Source: Vulcanimicrobiota bacterium
GTDB taxonomy: Bacteria > Vulcanimicrobiota > Vulcanimicrobiia > Vulcanimicrobiales > Vulcanimicrobiaceae
NCBI GenBank assembly: GCA_963795855.1
Contig: CAWCIZ010000003.1
Coordinates: forward strand, 768,001 to 832,000
DNA length: 64,000 nt
Direction: 5' to 3'
Part shown: positions 10,924 to 22,927 of the stretch, in pieces
How positions within the stretch are numbered: the stretch's first letter is position 1
Layout of the letters: every line of letters begins with the position of its first letter
The notes under the pieces: model-generated
Database searches by the model: none
Told to the model about the DNA's origin: nothing
The model's input: the letters and a program-made list of their open reading frames with translations, nothing else
Made by a program: the position numbers and the translations under genes

Positions 10924-11859
10924 GTGATGCGTGCGCTTGTCACGGGCGCAACCGGCTTCGTCGGCCGCTATTTGGTCGGCCGGCTGGCTGCGGACGAAGC
11001 GATCGTCTTCGCGGCCGGCGGCCCGCGCGAGGCCGGCGCGGATTTTCCGCTCGATTTGCTCGACGCCGATTCGTTGCACGCTGCATTCGAAATCGCGCAA
11101 CCGGACGTCGTTTTTCACTTGGCTGCGCAAGCGTTTGTTCCGCAAGCGATCGAAGCGCCCGCGGAAACGTATGAAACAAACGTGATCGGCACGGCGAATC
11201 TCTTGGCCGCACTGCGGGCATGGCGCGATCGCTGCAAGAGCGACGTGCGCGTGATCTTCGTCAGTTCGGCAGAAGTGTATGGTGCGCAGCCTCAAGAAGC
11301 CATGCCCATAACTGAATCGCGTGCGCCGAATCCCGCGAATCCGTACGCGGCGAGTAAAGCCGCAGCGGAAGCGCTGGTGCTCGGTGAGGCGCGCACGTTC
11401 GGCGTCGACGCCGTCATCACGCGCGCATTCAATCACATTGGACCTGCGCAGAATGAACGTTTCGCCGTTCCCGCATTCGCGGCGCAACTCGCGCGTATCG
11501 CCCGCGGCGCCGAGCCGGTGCTGCTGGTCGGTAATCTGCAAGCGCGGCGAGATTTCTTGGACGTGCGCGACGTCGTCGACGCCTACGCGCAACTCGCGCG
11601 CACCGGCCAAACGGGCGAAGTCTACAATGTGTGCAGCGGCGCAGCCGTCAGCATGCGCGAGATATTGGGTGAACTCGTGCGCATCGCGCACGTGCCGGTG
11701 GAAGTGCGCGAGGACCCCGCCCGCATGCGTCCCGCGGACGTGCCGGTTCTGTATGGAAGCAATGAAAAACTTCGCAGCGCCACGGGCTGGTCGCCGCGCA
11801 TACCGCTGCACAAGACGCTGCAGGACGTCTATGCGTCGTTCGACAAGCTGAACGCGTGA
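10924..11859 (+). CDS. rmd: GDP-4-keto-6-deoxy-D-mannose reductase (GDP-D-rhamnose synthesis)
   Basis: GATGFVG, HLAAQAFV, YAASK, RAFNHIGP, GNLQARRDFLDVRDV; adjacent to gmd. Confidence 0.78.
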   Translation: MMRALVTGATGFVGRYLVGRLAADEAIVFAAGGPREAGADFPLDLLDADSLHAAFEIAQPDVVFHLAAQAFVPQAIEAPAETYETNVIGTANLLAALRAWRDRCKSDVRVIFVSSAEVYGAQPQEAMPITESRAPNPANPYAASKAAAEALVLGEARTFGVDAVITRAFNHIGPAQNERFAVPAFAAQLARIARGAEPVLLVGNLQARRDFLDVRDVVDAYAQLARTGQTGEVYNVCSGAAVSMREILGELVRIAHVPVEVREDPARMRPADVPVLYGSNEKLRSATGWSPRIPLHKTLQDVYASFDKLNA

Positions 11860-12455
11860 CCGATCCGAGAAACGACGAACTGCAAGCGCTCGTGTTCAAA
11901 AACCGCGGCGCGCTGCTCTCCATACCCGCGCTCATGCTGGCGGCGTTCGGCAAACCGAGCGCGTTCGGCGTGACGGTGGGTTTGCCGATCGCGCTTGCGG
12001 GCGAACTGCTGCGCTGCTGGGCCGTGGGCTATTCCGGCGTGACTACGCGCGACGATCGTGTCGTTGCAGCGGAATTCACGACCGCCGGGCCGTACGCGTA
12101 CGTCCGTAATCCGCTCTACGTCGGAAATTTCATCACCGCCGCCGGCTTCGCGATCGCTTTCACCGGTGCGAACACCTTCACCCGGAAGATCGCCTTGATC
12201 GCCGCGTCGCTCGGCACGATGGCCGCGGTTTACACCGTCATCATTCCGCACGAAGAGCAGTACTTGCGTTCGCAGTTCGGCGAGCCGTACGAACGGTACT
12301 GTGCGTCGGTGCCCCAAATCGTGCCGGCACTCGAGCCCGCCGGAGAGCAGCAAGGCAGCTGGAATTCCGACGTCATCGCGCAGGCAGAAAAAAACACGTT
12401 CCTGACCTTCGGCGCGATGCTCGCCGTGCTCGCGCTCAAGGCGCTGAAGAGTTGA
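11856..12455 (+). CDS. Isoprenylcysteine carboxylmethyltransferase/PEMT-family membrane methyltransferase
   Basis: TAGPYAYVRNPLYVG, EEQYLRSQFGEPYERYC. Confidence 0.8.
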   Translation: MTDPRNDELQALVFKNRGALLSIPALMLAAFGKPSAFGVTVGLPIALAGELLRCWAVGYSGVTTRDDRVVAAEFTTAGPYAYVRNPLYVGNFITAAGFAIAFTGANTFTRKIALIAASLGTMAAVYTVIIPHEEQYLRSQFGEPYERYCASVPQIVPALEPAGEQQGSWNSDVIAQAEKNTFLTFGAMLAVLALKALKS

Positions 12456-12456
12456 G

Positions 12457-13368
12457 ATGACGCCGCGCGCGCGGCTCGTCACGGCGCTCGTCATCGTCGC
12501 ATTCGTTGCGGCGCTGGAGTTCTGGGGTGGCATGCGCGCGAATTCACTCGCGCTGTTGACGGATGCGGTGCACGTCTGCATGGACGTCTTCGCACTTGCG
12601 ATCGCGTTGTTCGCGCTGCTTGGCGCTCAACGTCCCGCCACGTTGCGCAAAACGTTCGGCTATGGCCGGCTCGAAATTTTGGCCGCGATGCTCAACGCGA
12701 CCGTGCTGCTTGCAGCGACCGCGTTCATTGCGTACCAGGCGATGCAGCGTTTCTTCGTTCCGCATCGGCCGGAAGGCGCGCTCATGAGCGCGATCGCCGG
12801 CGTCGGTCTGCTGGCGAACGGCACGGTTGGCCTGATGCTGGTGGGACACGGAAAAGAAAATTTGAACCTGCGCGCCGCGCTCTTTCACGTCGCGGGTGAC
12901 GCGCTCGGCGCGTTTGCCGTCATCGTGGGCGGCGCCGTTATCGCGTCCACCGGTGCAGCCTGGATCGATCCGGCGCTCGCGCTGTTCGTTGCGGGCATCA
13001 TCGTCGCCGGCGTCGTGCGCGTGCTCCGCGATGCAGCCGACGTGCTGCTCGAAGGCGTGCCGCGCGGCATGCACGTTTCCGAAGTTCGCGACGCAATGGC
13101 GTGCGTCGCAGGCATCCAAGCGGTGCACGATCTGCACGTCTGGACGATTGGGAGCGGCGCGCTCGCGCTTTCCGCGCACATTCTGGTCAACGACAGCCGC
13201 GTCAGCGAAGCGACGGTGATGCTGCGCGAGATCGACGAGGTGCTTCGCGCGCGCTTCGGCATCACGCACGTCACGCTGCAGTTCGAGTGCGAGAATTGCC
13301 AGCCGGACGAGCGCATCGTCTGCACGCAGTCTTTGCCGCAAGGGGAAGCAAGCGCCCACCGACCTTAG
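12457..13368 (+). CDS. Cation diffusion facilitator (Zn/Co/Cd efflux, CzcD/ZitB-like)
   Basis: SLALLTDAVH, TFGYGRLEILAA, NLRAALFHVAGD, VHDLHVWTI, HVTLQFE. Confidence 0.9.
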   Translation: MTPRARLVTALVIVAFVAALEFWGGMRANSLALLTDAVHVCMDVFALAIALFALLGAQRPATLRKTFGYGRLEILAAMLNATVLLAATAFIAYQAMQRFFVPHRPEGALMSAIAGVGLLANGTVGLMLVGHGKENLNLRAALFHVAGDALGAFAVIVGGAVIASTGAAWIDPALALFVAGIIVAGVVRVLRDAADVLLEGVPRGMHVSEVRDAMACVAGIQAVHDLHVWTIGSGALALSAHILVNDSRVSEATVMLREIDEVLRARFGITHVTLQFECENCQPDERIVCTQSLPQGEASAHRP

Positions 13369-13412
13369 TCGCATCAGGAACGCTCGCGCACTTCCTCGAA
13401 TCGTCCCGGGCT

Positions 13413-14758
13413 ATGACTTCGACGAACTCCAAAGCGGTAGTGCTGGCAACGGCGCGCACGCCGTTCGGCCGCCTGGGTGGAACTCTCGCCCCGCTGGAAG
13501 CAACCACGCTCGGCGCAGCCGCGGTGGTTGCAGCGATTCAACGCTCCGGTATCGATCCGGCGGCGCTCGAGCACATCATCATGGGGCAGGTGCTGCAGGC
13601 GGGCGCCGGCCAGAATCCCGCGCGGCAAGTCGGATTCAAAAGCGGTCTGGCCAAGACGGTGACGGCGGAAACCGTCAACAAGGTTTGCGCTTCCGGACTG
13701 CTCGCGGTCGTGAACGCGGCGCGCTTGGTGAACGAAGGCAGCAATGAAGCCGTCGTCGCGGGCGGTATGGAGTCGATGTCCAACGCGCCGTACATTTTGA
13801 AAGACGCGCGCTCCGGTTATCGTTTCGGCGACGGCCGTCTGATCGATGCGATGATTCACGACGGCCTCTGGGATTACTATTTCCCGATGACGATGGCGAC
13901 GCAAGGATCGAAAGTCGCCGGCGAACTCGGCCTTTCACGCGAAGAACAGGATCGTTTCGCGTACGAAAGCCATCGACGCGCCGCGCAAGCGCAGCAGAGC
14001 GGAAAACTTGCGGAAGAAATTGTGCCGGTCCGCGTCGCAAGCAAAGCGAAAGGCAAAATCGTCGTCGACAAACTGCCCGAGCCGGCGCGCGCGCGCGTGC
14101 CCGTCGCTGCCGGAAGTTCCGCCGCCGCTGCGGATGACGTGTGGGCGCACGAGCCTTCGGCGGAATTTACGCTCGACTACGCGCAGTGGGCGCCGTTCAT
14201 CACGGGCGAGGCCGCGCATACCACGCTGGACCGCGACGAATCCGTTCGCGCCGACGCGAGTTTGGAAACGATGGCGAAGCTCAAACCGCTCGAAAAAAAT
14301 GGAACGGTTACCGCGGGAAACGCGCCGGGCGTCAACGACGGCGCGGGAGCGGTCGTGCTCGCGAGTGCTGAATTCGCGCGGTCGCACGGAGTCAAACCGA
14401 TCGCATCGATTCTCGATCACGCGACCGTCGGCTGGGACTCGCCGTATATCGCGCTGACGCCGGCGATGGCGGCGCAGCGGCTGCTGGCAAAAGCCGGCCT
14501 GAGCAGCCGATCAGATCGACGTGTGGGAAATCAATGAGGCGTTTTCGGCGGTCGCGATCACTTCGGCGCGCAAACTCGGACTCGATCCCGAGGCGATTAA
14601 CAAATACGGCGGCGCCGTCGCAATGGGTCATCCCATCGGCGCATCCGGCGCGCGTTTGGTCGGCACCGTGATTAATCAGCTGCGGGCGCGCGGCGGCGGT
14701 CTCGGCGTCGCGGCGATCTGCAGCGGCGGCGGGCAGGGCGACGCGCTGTTGATTCGCG

Positions 14759-14766
<8 letters not shown>
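13413..14766 (+). CDS. Acetyl-CoA acetyltransferase (thiolase); frameshift ~14505; long internal insertion
   Basis: NKVCASG, GGMESMS, TAGNAPGVNDGA, EINEAF, GHPIGASG, CSGGG. Confidence 0.9.
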
Positions 14767-15605
<839 letters not shown>

Positions 15606-15613
<8 letters not shown>

Positions 15614-16774
15614 CGCCGTCGCAGCGCAGCCGGCGGCGTTCGACCTAACAGACGAACAGCGCCAGGTTGGCGACCTGGCCGCGGAGATCGCTCAGCGCGA
15701 GATCGCGCCGCACATCGCGCAGTGGGATCGCGAGCACACGTTTTCGCGCGGCCTGTATAGCAAACTCACCGCCGCGGGAATTATGGGTCTGCTCATCCCC
15801 GAAGAATTCGGCGGCGCGGGCGCCGATTACGTGTCGTATGCACGCGCAATCGAAGAACTCGCGCGCGTCGACGCGGGGACCGCCGTAACGGTGTCGGTGC
15901 ACTCGATGATCTGCATGGCGATTCTCAAACTCGGCAACGCCGAGCAGAAGCGCGCGTACCTGCCTAAACTCGCGCAGGACGACACGATCGCCGGCTTCGC
16001 GCTTACCGAGCCCGACGCCGGTTCGGATGCCGCGAACATCCGCGGCACGGCAAAACGCGTACCGGGCGGCTACGTGCTGAACGGCCGCAAACAATGGTGC
16101 ACGAACGGCAGACTACTCGACCGTCCTGATGGGCATGTTTCGAACCGGCGGAGCCGGCCCGAAAGGCGTGAGCGCGTTTCTGATCGACAACGACTTGCCC
16201 GGCGTCGCCGTCGAACGCGTGACCGAAAAGCTGGGCATTCACACGAGCAACACGTGCGACGTCGCATTCGATAACGTCACCGTTCCCGAAGCCGCGCTGC
16301 TCGGCGAAGAAGGCGGCGGTTTCAGCAACGCGATGACGGCGCTCACCGGCGGCCGAATCGGCATCGCGGCGCAAGCCTGCGGAATTCTGTCGGCATGTTT
16401 GGACGCGTCGGTGAAATTCGCTCGAGAACGCGTCGCGTTCGGCAAACCGATCGGCGCGTTTGAAGGCATCGCGTTCAAGATCGCGCAGATGGGGACGGAT
16501 CTCGATGCTGCGCGTCTTCTGACGTATCGGGCCGCGGCGCTCTACGACGCGGGAAGACCGTTCGCGACGGAAGGCAGCAAAGCCAAGTACTTCGCTTCGA
16601 CCGCCGCGCGCAAACACGCCGCCGAAGCGATTCAAATTCACGGCGGTTACGGCTATACCACCGAATTTCCCGTCGAGCGCTACTATCGCGACGCGAAGAT
16701 CACTGAAATCTACGAAGGCACGTCGGAGATTCAGCAGACTCATCATCTCGCGTGCCTATTTGGGAAAATTGTAA
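15606..16774 (+). CDS. Acyl-CoA (butyryl-CoA-type) dehydrogenase; frameshifts ~16110 and ~16735
   Basis: FALTEPDAGSD, LNGRKQWCTNG, GRIGIAAQ, QIHGGYGY, RDAKITEIYEGTSEIQ split over frames. Confidence 0.88.
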
Positions 16775-16884
16775 TACCCGTAGCGGTCAGGTTTGTCGAA
16801 CATGCCGCCGGACCACCGAAGCGCCCCAGCAGCGAAGCATTCACGACCTCAACGTAAATCGAAAGACGAGTCGCAAGTATATAT

Positions 16885-18051
16885 ATGAACCTGATGGAGT
16901 ATCAGGGAAAGGAATTGTTCCGGCGTGCCGGCATTCCCGTTCCCCGCAGTCAACACGTCACTACGGCCGATCAAGCGGCGCGCTATGTCGGTCAAAATCC
17001 CGGTAATTGGGTCGTCAAGGCGCAAGTCTTGATGGGCGGACGCGGCAAAGCCGGAAAGATCCAGTTCGCGAAAACTGCGGACGAAGCGCGCGCGAAAGCT
17101 TCGGACATCATGGCGACGCCGATGCCGCCGAACCGGCAAAACCCGAAAGGCGAACCGATCAACTCGCTGCTGATCGAAGAAACGCTCGCGGTCGCGAAAG
17201 AAGCATACGCGGCCATCGCCATCGATCGCACGACGAAGAAACCCGTCATTATGGTCAGCGCCTTCGGCGGTATGGACATCGAAGAAGTCGCCGACAAACA
17301 TCCCGACTCCATCGCGAAAGCGTTCGTGGATGTCGCGGGCGGGTACTGGCCCTACATCGGCCGCGATCTCGCATTCAAGGCGAACCTCGATCCCGGCTAT
17401 CGCAAAGCGCTTCCGTCGGTTCTTGCCGGGCTGTACGATCTGTTCTTCCGCTACGGCGCAAAACTCGTCGAGATAAATCCCCTCGTGCTGACCGAAGACG
17501 GCCGCGTGATAGCAGCCGACGCGAAGGTGGAACTCGACGACGACGCGCTCTTCAAAAATTCCGAATTCAAAGAGTGGCAAACGACGCTGCCGCTCGACGA
17601 AGACGAAACGCTCGCGACGAAAGCCGGCTTGGGCATTCGGAACTTTCGCCGCTTCGAGGGCACCGTCGGAACGATGGCCAACGGCGCGGGCCTGGCGATG
17701 GGCACGATGGATGCGGTGAAGAATGCCGGCGGCGCGTTCGCGAATTTTCTCGACGTGGGCGGCGGCGCTGACGCCGAACGCGTGCGTAACTGCTACGAAC
17801 TGGTGATGAATCACACGGACGCGAAGGCGTTCTTCATCAACATCTTCGGCGGCATCACGCGCTGCGACGAAGTGGCCAAGGGCATCGTCGAAGCGCTGCG
17901 CACGACGACTTCGCGCAAAGTGCCGCTCGTGATCCGCTTGACCGGCACGAACGAACAAGAGGGCCGGCGCATTCTCGCCGACGCAGGCATGACGCCGGTG
18001 GAAACGATGGACGAAGGCGCGGCCGAAGCCGTGAAGCTCGCGAAGGGTTGA
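16885..18051 (+). CDS. sucC: Succinyl-CoA synthetase beta subunit
   Basis: MNLMEYQGK, VKAQVLMGGRGKAG, EINPL, NGAGLAM, NIFGGITRCD. Confidence 0.95.
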   Translation: MNLMEYQGKELFRRAGIPVPRSQHVTTADQAARYVGQNPGNWVVKAQVLMGGRGKAGKIQFAKTADEARAKASDIMATPMPPNRQNPKGEPINSLLIEETLAVAKEAYAAIAIDRTTKKPVIMVSAFGGMDIEEVADKHPDSIAKAFVDVAGGYWPYIGRDLAFKANLDPGYRKALPSVLAGLYDLFFRYGAKLVEINPLVLTEDGRVIAADAKVELDDDALFKNSEFKEWQTTLPLDEDETLATKAGLGIRNFRRFEGTVGTMANGAGLAMGTMDAVKNAGGAFANFLDVGGGADAERVRNCYELVMNHTDAKAFFINIFGGITRCDEVAKGIVEALRTTTSRKVPLVIRLTGTNEQEGRRILADAGMTPVETMDEGAAEAVKLAKG

Positions 18052-18052
18052 T

Positions 18053-18931
18053 ATGTCGATTTTTCTAGACAAGAACAGCAAAGTGATCGTGCAAGGCATC
18101 ACCGGCGGTGAAGGCTCGTATCACACCGGACGGATGCTGGACTACGGCACGAAGATCGTCGGCGGTGTGACGCCGGGTAAAGGCGGTCAGAAGTCCGCGC
18201 ACGGTTTGCCCGTGTTCAACACCGTGCAGGAAGCAGTCGACGCTACCGGCGCGACGCACACGTGCATCTTCGTTCCGCCGCCGTTCGCCGCGGACGCCTT
18301 GTTCGAAGCGCACGCTGCCGGCATCGGATTCGCCGTGTGCATCACCGAAGGGGTGCCCGTGCACGACGTCCTCAGAGTAGTCGCAGCCACGCCCGGCATG
18401 CGTATCATCGGACCGAACTGTCCGGGGCTCATCTCTCCGGGCAAATCCTCGATCGGCATCATGCCCGGGCACGTCTTCAAGGAAGGCAACGTCGGCGTCG
18501 TGTCGCGTTCGGGGACGCTCACGTACGAGGTCGTCGATCTGCTCACGCGCGCCGGCTTCGGACAGTCGACCGCTGTCGGCATCGGCGGCGATCCCATCAT
18601 CGGAACGACGTTCGTGGACTGCTTGCGCGAGTTCAAGAACGACTCCCAGACGGAGGCGCTGGTGCTCTGCGGCGAGATCGGCGGATCCGACGAAGAAGAC
18701 GCTGCCGCCTTCATCAAAGAGCACATGCCCGGCGTGCCGATCGTCGCGTTCATCGGCGGCCGCAACGCGCCCCCGGGCAAATCGCTCGGCCACGCCGGCG
18801 CGATCATCTCCGGGAAATTCGGGACGCCGCAAAGCAAGATCGACGCCTTCAAGGCCTCGGGAGTTCCGGTGGCGGATCGGCCGTCGGAAATTCCGGGGCT
18901 GCTGGCGCAGCGGATGCCTGCGAACGTCTGA
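18053..18931 (+). CDS. sucD: Succinyl-CoA synthetase alpha subunit
   Basis: VQGITG, GPNCPG, SRSGTLTYE, GIGGDP, GHAGA. Confidence 0.95.
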   Translation: MSIFLDKNSKVIVQGITGGEGSYHTGRMLDYGTKIVGGVTPGKGGQKSAHGLPVFNTVQEAVDATGATHTCIFVPPPFAADALFEAHAAGIGFAVCITEGVPVHDVLRVVAATPGMRIIGPNCPGLISPGKSSIGIMPGHVFKEGNVGVVSRSGTLTYEVVDLLTRAGFGQSTAVGIGGDPIIGTTFVDCLREFKNDSQTEALVLCGEIGGSDEEDAAAFIKEHMPGVPIVAFIGGRNAPPGKSLGHAGAIISGKFGTPQSKIDAFKASGVPVADRPSEIPGLLAQRMPANV

Positions 18932-18954
18932 TTCCGTCACGGCCGGCACCCTTT

Positions 18955-18983
18955 AGGCGTACACACTACGTGTGCGCCTTTTT
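18955..18983 (+). terminator. Intrinsic terminator after sucD
   Basis: AGGCGTACAC-loop-GTGTGCGCCT followed by T tract. Confidence 0.7.
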
Positions 18984-19058
18984 CTTGGCGCTGCCAGGAC
19001 TCGAAGCAACGGCACTGTAAGGCGTTGCACAAACAACTCGTCCCCTTACGGAGGCACT

Positions 19059-22000
19059 ATGCCACAATCGAAGAGATTCCGGCATGTGTTGGCAGCCGTG
19101 GTACTCCTCGTCGCAATGCTTGCCCAGGGAACATGGGCACTGGCGGGCACGACGGGCGGTATCAGCGGCACCGTCGTGGACACCGAAACGCAGGCACCGA
19201 TCGCGAACGCGCGAGTGACTGCAGCCTCACCGTCGCAGACGGCCACGACGCAGACCGACGCAACCGGTCACTTTACATTTTTATCGCTTACTCCCGACAC
19301 GTACACGGTGTCGGCCGACAAAGACCAATACGATGCCATGAGTCAAGCCGGCATCACCGTATTCGCGGACGCGACGCAAAACGTTGCGATCGCGATGCAC
19401 AAAACGCTCAAAACCATCGCGCGCGTCACCTCGAAGGCCGCGGGCAGTTTGGTGAAGAGCGGCACGACCGCCGACGTCTATTCCGTCAACTCCGCAACGC
19501 AGGACAAAATCAATGCGCTCGGCGGCGGCGGAAATCTCAATAGCGCGTATGCCGCGGTCGCATCGGTTCCGGGAGCGGTCATGCCGCTCAATCAAGCCGG
19601 CTATTTCCAAACCGTCCACATTCGCGGCGGCGACTACGATCAAGTCGGCTACGAGTTCGACGGCGTGCCGGTAAACCGCTCATTCGACAACTATCCCTCC
19701 GGGCAATTGTCTTCGCTGGGCATGTCGGAACTGCAAGTCTACACGGGCGCGACGCCCGCGAACTCCGAAGGCCAAGGCCTCGCCGGTTACATCAATCAAG
19801 TCATCAAGTCCGGCACGTATCCCGGATTCGGAACGGTGACCGCGGGCATCGGCGCGCCCGTGTTCTACCACAAACTTTCCGCCGAAGTCGGCGGCGCGAC
19901 GCCGAACCGCTTGTTCTCGTACTATCTCGGGATCGGCGGCTACGATCAGGACTTCCGTTACATCAGTCAAGACAACGGCATCGCCTACAGCGATCCGTAT
20001 TCGGGTTACGGTCCGGTCGTAGTCGGGCTTACTCCGGCCGCCGGCTGCAGCGATCCGAGCGCCGTCAACTACACGGAATGCTACGCAAACTACAACGTCA
20101 ACGGCAGCTATGCCGGTCCGGGCGGATTCTTACTCGGGCCGTACAACTGGCTCGCGCCGTCGAGCATCTTCGACCGCGACGTCGTCGTCAATTTGCACTT
20201 CGGCATCCCGCATCACAACGATTCCGGACGCGACGACGTACAGCTGCTCTGGGATTCCGGCATGCTGCTCAACGGCTTCTACGAGGCCGTGAACGACATT
20301 CCGGGCGGCAACGCGGCGTTCTCACCAAACTCGGACGATCCGGGGCCGATCAGCTACATCGATTCGTACCAGTGGAACGGCCCGGTCGGCACGCTGTTGC
20401 CGGCCAATCCGTCGCAGTACGTCTCGCCGTATCTGTATCCGGCTTCGCCGCCGCACGCGCCGAACAGTTTGAACGTCAATCCGAATCAGCGCGATTCGAT
20501 CTTCAACAATCAGGAAATCGTCAAACTGCAGTACCAGAAGAACTTCGGTTCGGATGCCTACTTGCGGCTCTACGGCTACACGTACTACTCGGACTGGTTG
20601 CAGACGGGTCCGGTCTGCGCGTACCTGAACTACAACTGTTTCGTTTCGCCCGATTACGAACTGAGTTCGCACACGCGCGGCGCGTCTGCGACGTTCGCGG
20701 ACCAGCTCAACGCGCAGCATTTGCTGACGATCGAAGGCAACTACACGACGGCCGACTCGATTCGCGACAACAACACGCAGATGTTCAACGGCGGCGGGAG
20801 CCGCAGCCTGGGCGCGATCTTGGTGAGTTCGGCCAATCCCACCGCGGGCTACTGCTACAATACGGGCACTGCGACGACGCCCGGCGGCACGACGTTAGCG
20901 CCGGTATCGTGCGATCAGAGCAACGCCTCGTACATCCCGTGGAGCTGCTTGGCGGACTCGACGTGCGTCAGCCCGCTGCAAGCTGCTGCGCCGGGCTTCA
21001 CCTGCGGCGGTGCGCCGTGCGCGTATCTCGTTGCGGAAAACAGCCTCTACGCAACCTACAACAAGGTCGTGCCGAAGTTCAGTTCGGTTTCGCTGCAAGA
21101 CCAGTGGCGTCCGAACGACCGATGGCTCTTCAACCTTGGCTTGCGTGAAGATCGCTTTGAATTCGACGGACAAAGCACGGGTCCCAACGACCCCGCGCGT
21201 CAATTCTGGTTCAACGCGTTCAACCTCGACAATTGCGTCGCGGCCGACGGCTTCACGCTCGTGAGCGCGACCTCGCCGGGCGTCTGTCCTGCGGGAACCA
21301 GCGCGGCGCAAATGTCGAACCCGTCGAATCAGGTTAACTCCTACAACGTGTTTCAGCCGCGCGTGTCTGGAACGTACACGCTCAGCCCGAACACGGTGCT
21401 GCGTTTCAGCGCCGGCAAATACGTCGAGCCTCCGAACACGGCGTACGAGCAATATAATACGCTGCAGGAAAACCTCGCCGGATATCTGGGTCCGAAATTC
21501 TACAAATTCGGATTCACGACGCCGGCACACGCAGTGCGTCCTCCGACCTCGGACAACTTCGACGTTTCGTGGGAGCAGCAGCTGAAGGGCGGATGGTCTT
21601 TCAAACTCACGCCGTTCTATCGCAAGACGAAAGACCAGATCCAGAACTTCTTCCTCGATCAAGCGACGGGATTCATTTCCGGTTTGAACGTCGGACGGCA
21701 AACCAGCGAAGGCGTGGAGTTCCAACTGCAGAAGGGCGACTTCAACGCGAACGGTCTTTCGGGGCTGGTCTCGCTGACGTACACGCACAGTGACATCAAC
21801 TACGGCACGCTTTCGAACGGCTCGACGATCGTTTCGCAGATCAACGGCGACATCCAAACGTACAACGCGTACACGTCGTTCTGCGCGGCGAACCCGACCG
21901 ATTCGCGCTGCGGCACGACGAGCAGCGGCGTTACCGCAGCGCCGTGTTACGTCGCAACCACGGATTCGACGGGTGCGATCACGGGAGCCAATCCCGCAGC

Positions 22001-22745
22001 GTGCGGAAGCGCGGGATCGTACGCGAATCCGTACTGGAACGCGCCGGTTCAGAACCTGCTCAGTTCTAGTGCGGCCTATCCGACCTACGATATCTTCCCC
22101 GGTTCGATCGGCGGATCGGCGGACTCGTTCGCAATACCGTATGCGGCAACGGTCGTGCTGAACTACAAGCACGACAAGTTGGCGATTACGCCGAGTCTGC
22201 AATTCCTCGCGGGCAACCGGTACGGTTCGCCTGAAACGACGCCGGGCATCGACCCGGCCGCCGGATGCTTCGCGCTCCCGGGCAGCGCGGCGACGGATCC
22301 GCGCTACTCGTACGGCGCGCCGGGCGGCGCTCCGTACGACGCGATGTCGTGCCCGAGCGCCGGGATCGTCATTCCGAATCCCTATACGCACACGTACGAT
22401 CAACCCGGCGCTTTCGTGAATCCGAGCCAGCTGATGATGAACTTGCAACTCTCCTACGACGTCTCGCCGAAAGTGACGCTCGTCGGAACGTTTGCTAATA
22501 TCCTCAACCGCTGTTTCGGCGGCTCGAAAGAAGCCTGGACCGTGACCGATTCCAACGTCTGCAGCTACGGAATCAACAACAGTGCCGGAATCGTCGAGCC
22601 GGTCGGAAACGTCTACAATCCGGGCGCGACGATTCAGCCGTTCGTGCAATATCCGTACGAGCAGTATCTAGCGCCGGTGAACGTCGACGCCACGTCGACG
22701 AAACAGCCGTTCAACTTCTACTTGGAAGCCCGCATCAAGATGTAG
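19059..22745 (+). CDS. Large TonB-dependent receptor-like outer-membrane protein with N-terminal carboxypeptidase-regulatory-like domain
   Basis: Signal peptide, GGISGTVVD..PIANARV, plug IRGG..FDGVPV, barrel motifs NLGLRED and QPRVSGTY; GGAGG SD. Confidence 0.8.
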   Translation: MPQSKRFRHVLAAVVLLVAMLAQGTWALAGTTGGISGTVVDTETQAPIANARVTAASPSQTATTQTDATGHFTFLSLTPDTYTVSADKDQYDAMSQAGITVFADATQNVAIAMHKTLKTIARVTSKAAGSLVKSGTTADVYSVNSATQDKINALGGGGNLNSAYAAVASVPGAVMPLNQAGYFQTVHIRGGDYDQVGYEFDGVPVNRSFDNYPSGQLSSLGMSELQVYTGATPANSEGQGLAGYINQVIKSGTYPGFGTVTAGIGAPVFYHKLSAEVGGATPNRLFSYYLGIGGYDQDFRYISQDNGIAYSDPYSGYGPVVVGLTPAAGCSDPSAVNYTECYANYNVNGSYAGPGGFLLGPYNWLAPSSIFDRDVVVNLHFGIPHHNDSGRDDVQLLWDSGMLLNGFYEAVNDIPGGNAAFSPNSDDPGPISYIDSYQWNGPVGTLLPANPSQYVSPYLYPASPPHAPNSLNVNPNQRDSIFNNQEIVKLQYQKNFGSDAYLRLYGYTYYSDWLQTGPVCAYLNYNCFVSPDYELSSHTRGASATFADQLNAQHLLTIEGNYTTADSIRDNNTQMFNGGGSRSLGAILVSSANPTAGYCYNTGTATTPGGTTLAPVSCDQSNASYIPWSCLADSTCVSPLQAAAPGFTCGGAPCAYLVAENSLYATYNKVVPKFSSVSLQDQWRPNDRWLFNLGLREDRFEFDGQSTGPNDPARQFWFNAFNLDNCVAADGFTLVSATSPGVCPAGTSAAQMSNPSNQVNSYNVFQPRVSGTYTLSPNTVLRFSAGKYVEPPNTAYEQYNTLQENLAGYLGPKFYKFGFTTPAHAVRPPTSDNFDVSWEQQLKGGWSFKLTPFYRKTKDQIQNFFLDQATGFISGLNVGRQTSEGVEFQLQKGDFNANGLSGLVSLTYTHSDINYGTLSNGSTIVSQINGDIQTYNAYTSFCAANPTDSRCGTTSSGVTAAPCYVATTDSTGAITGANPAACGSAGSYANPYWNAPVQNLLSSSAAYPTYDIFPGSIGGSADSFAIPYAATVVLNYKHDKLAITPSLQFLAGNRYGSPETTPGIDPAAGCFALPGSAATDPRYSYGAPGGAPYDAMSCPSAGIVIPNPYTHTYDQPGAFVNPSQLMMNLQLSYDVSPKVTLVGTFANILNRCFGGSKEAWTVTDSNVCSYGINNSAGIVEPVGNVYNPGATIQPFVQYPYEQYLAPVNVDATSTKQPFNFYLEARIKM

Positions 22746-22769
22746 GGCAATAGGAGCAACCGCTGCCAT

Positions 22770-22803
22770 GAGGGGCGTCGCCGGTAGGCGGCGCCCCTTT
22801 GTT
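22770..22803 (+). terminator. Intrinsic terminator
   Basis: AGGGGCGTCGCC-GGTA-GGCGGCGCCCCT + TTT. Confidence 0.75.
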
Positions 22804-22927
22804 CTCAGCAGAGTCTCAGAGGATTAAGAATGCGTGAAAAGAAGCACCCACTAAGTCGCGGGGGAGCGACTTCTGTCCGCATGCCCCCACGGCGATATCA
22901 CCCAAGGCCTCTCTTAGAGGAGGAACC

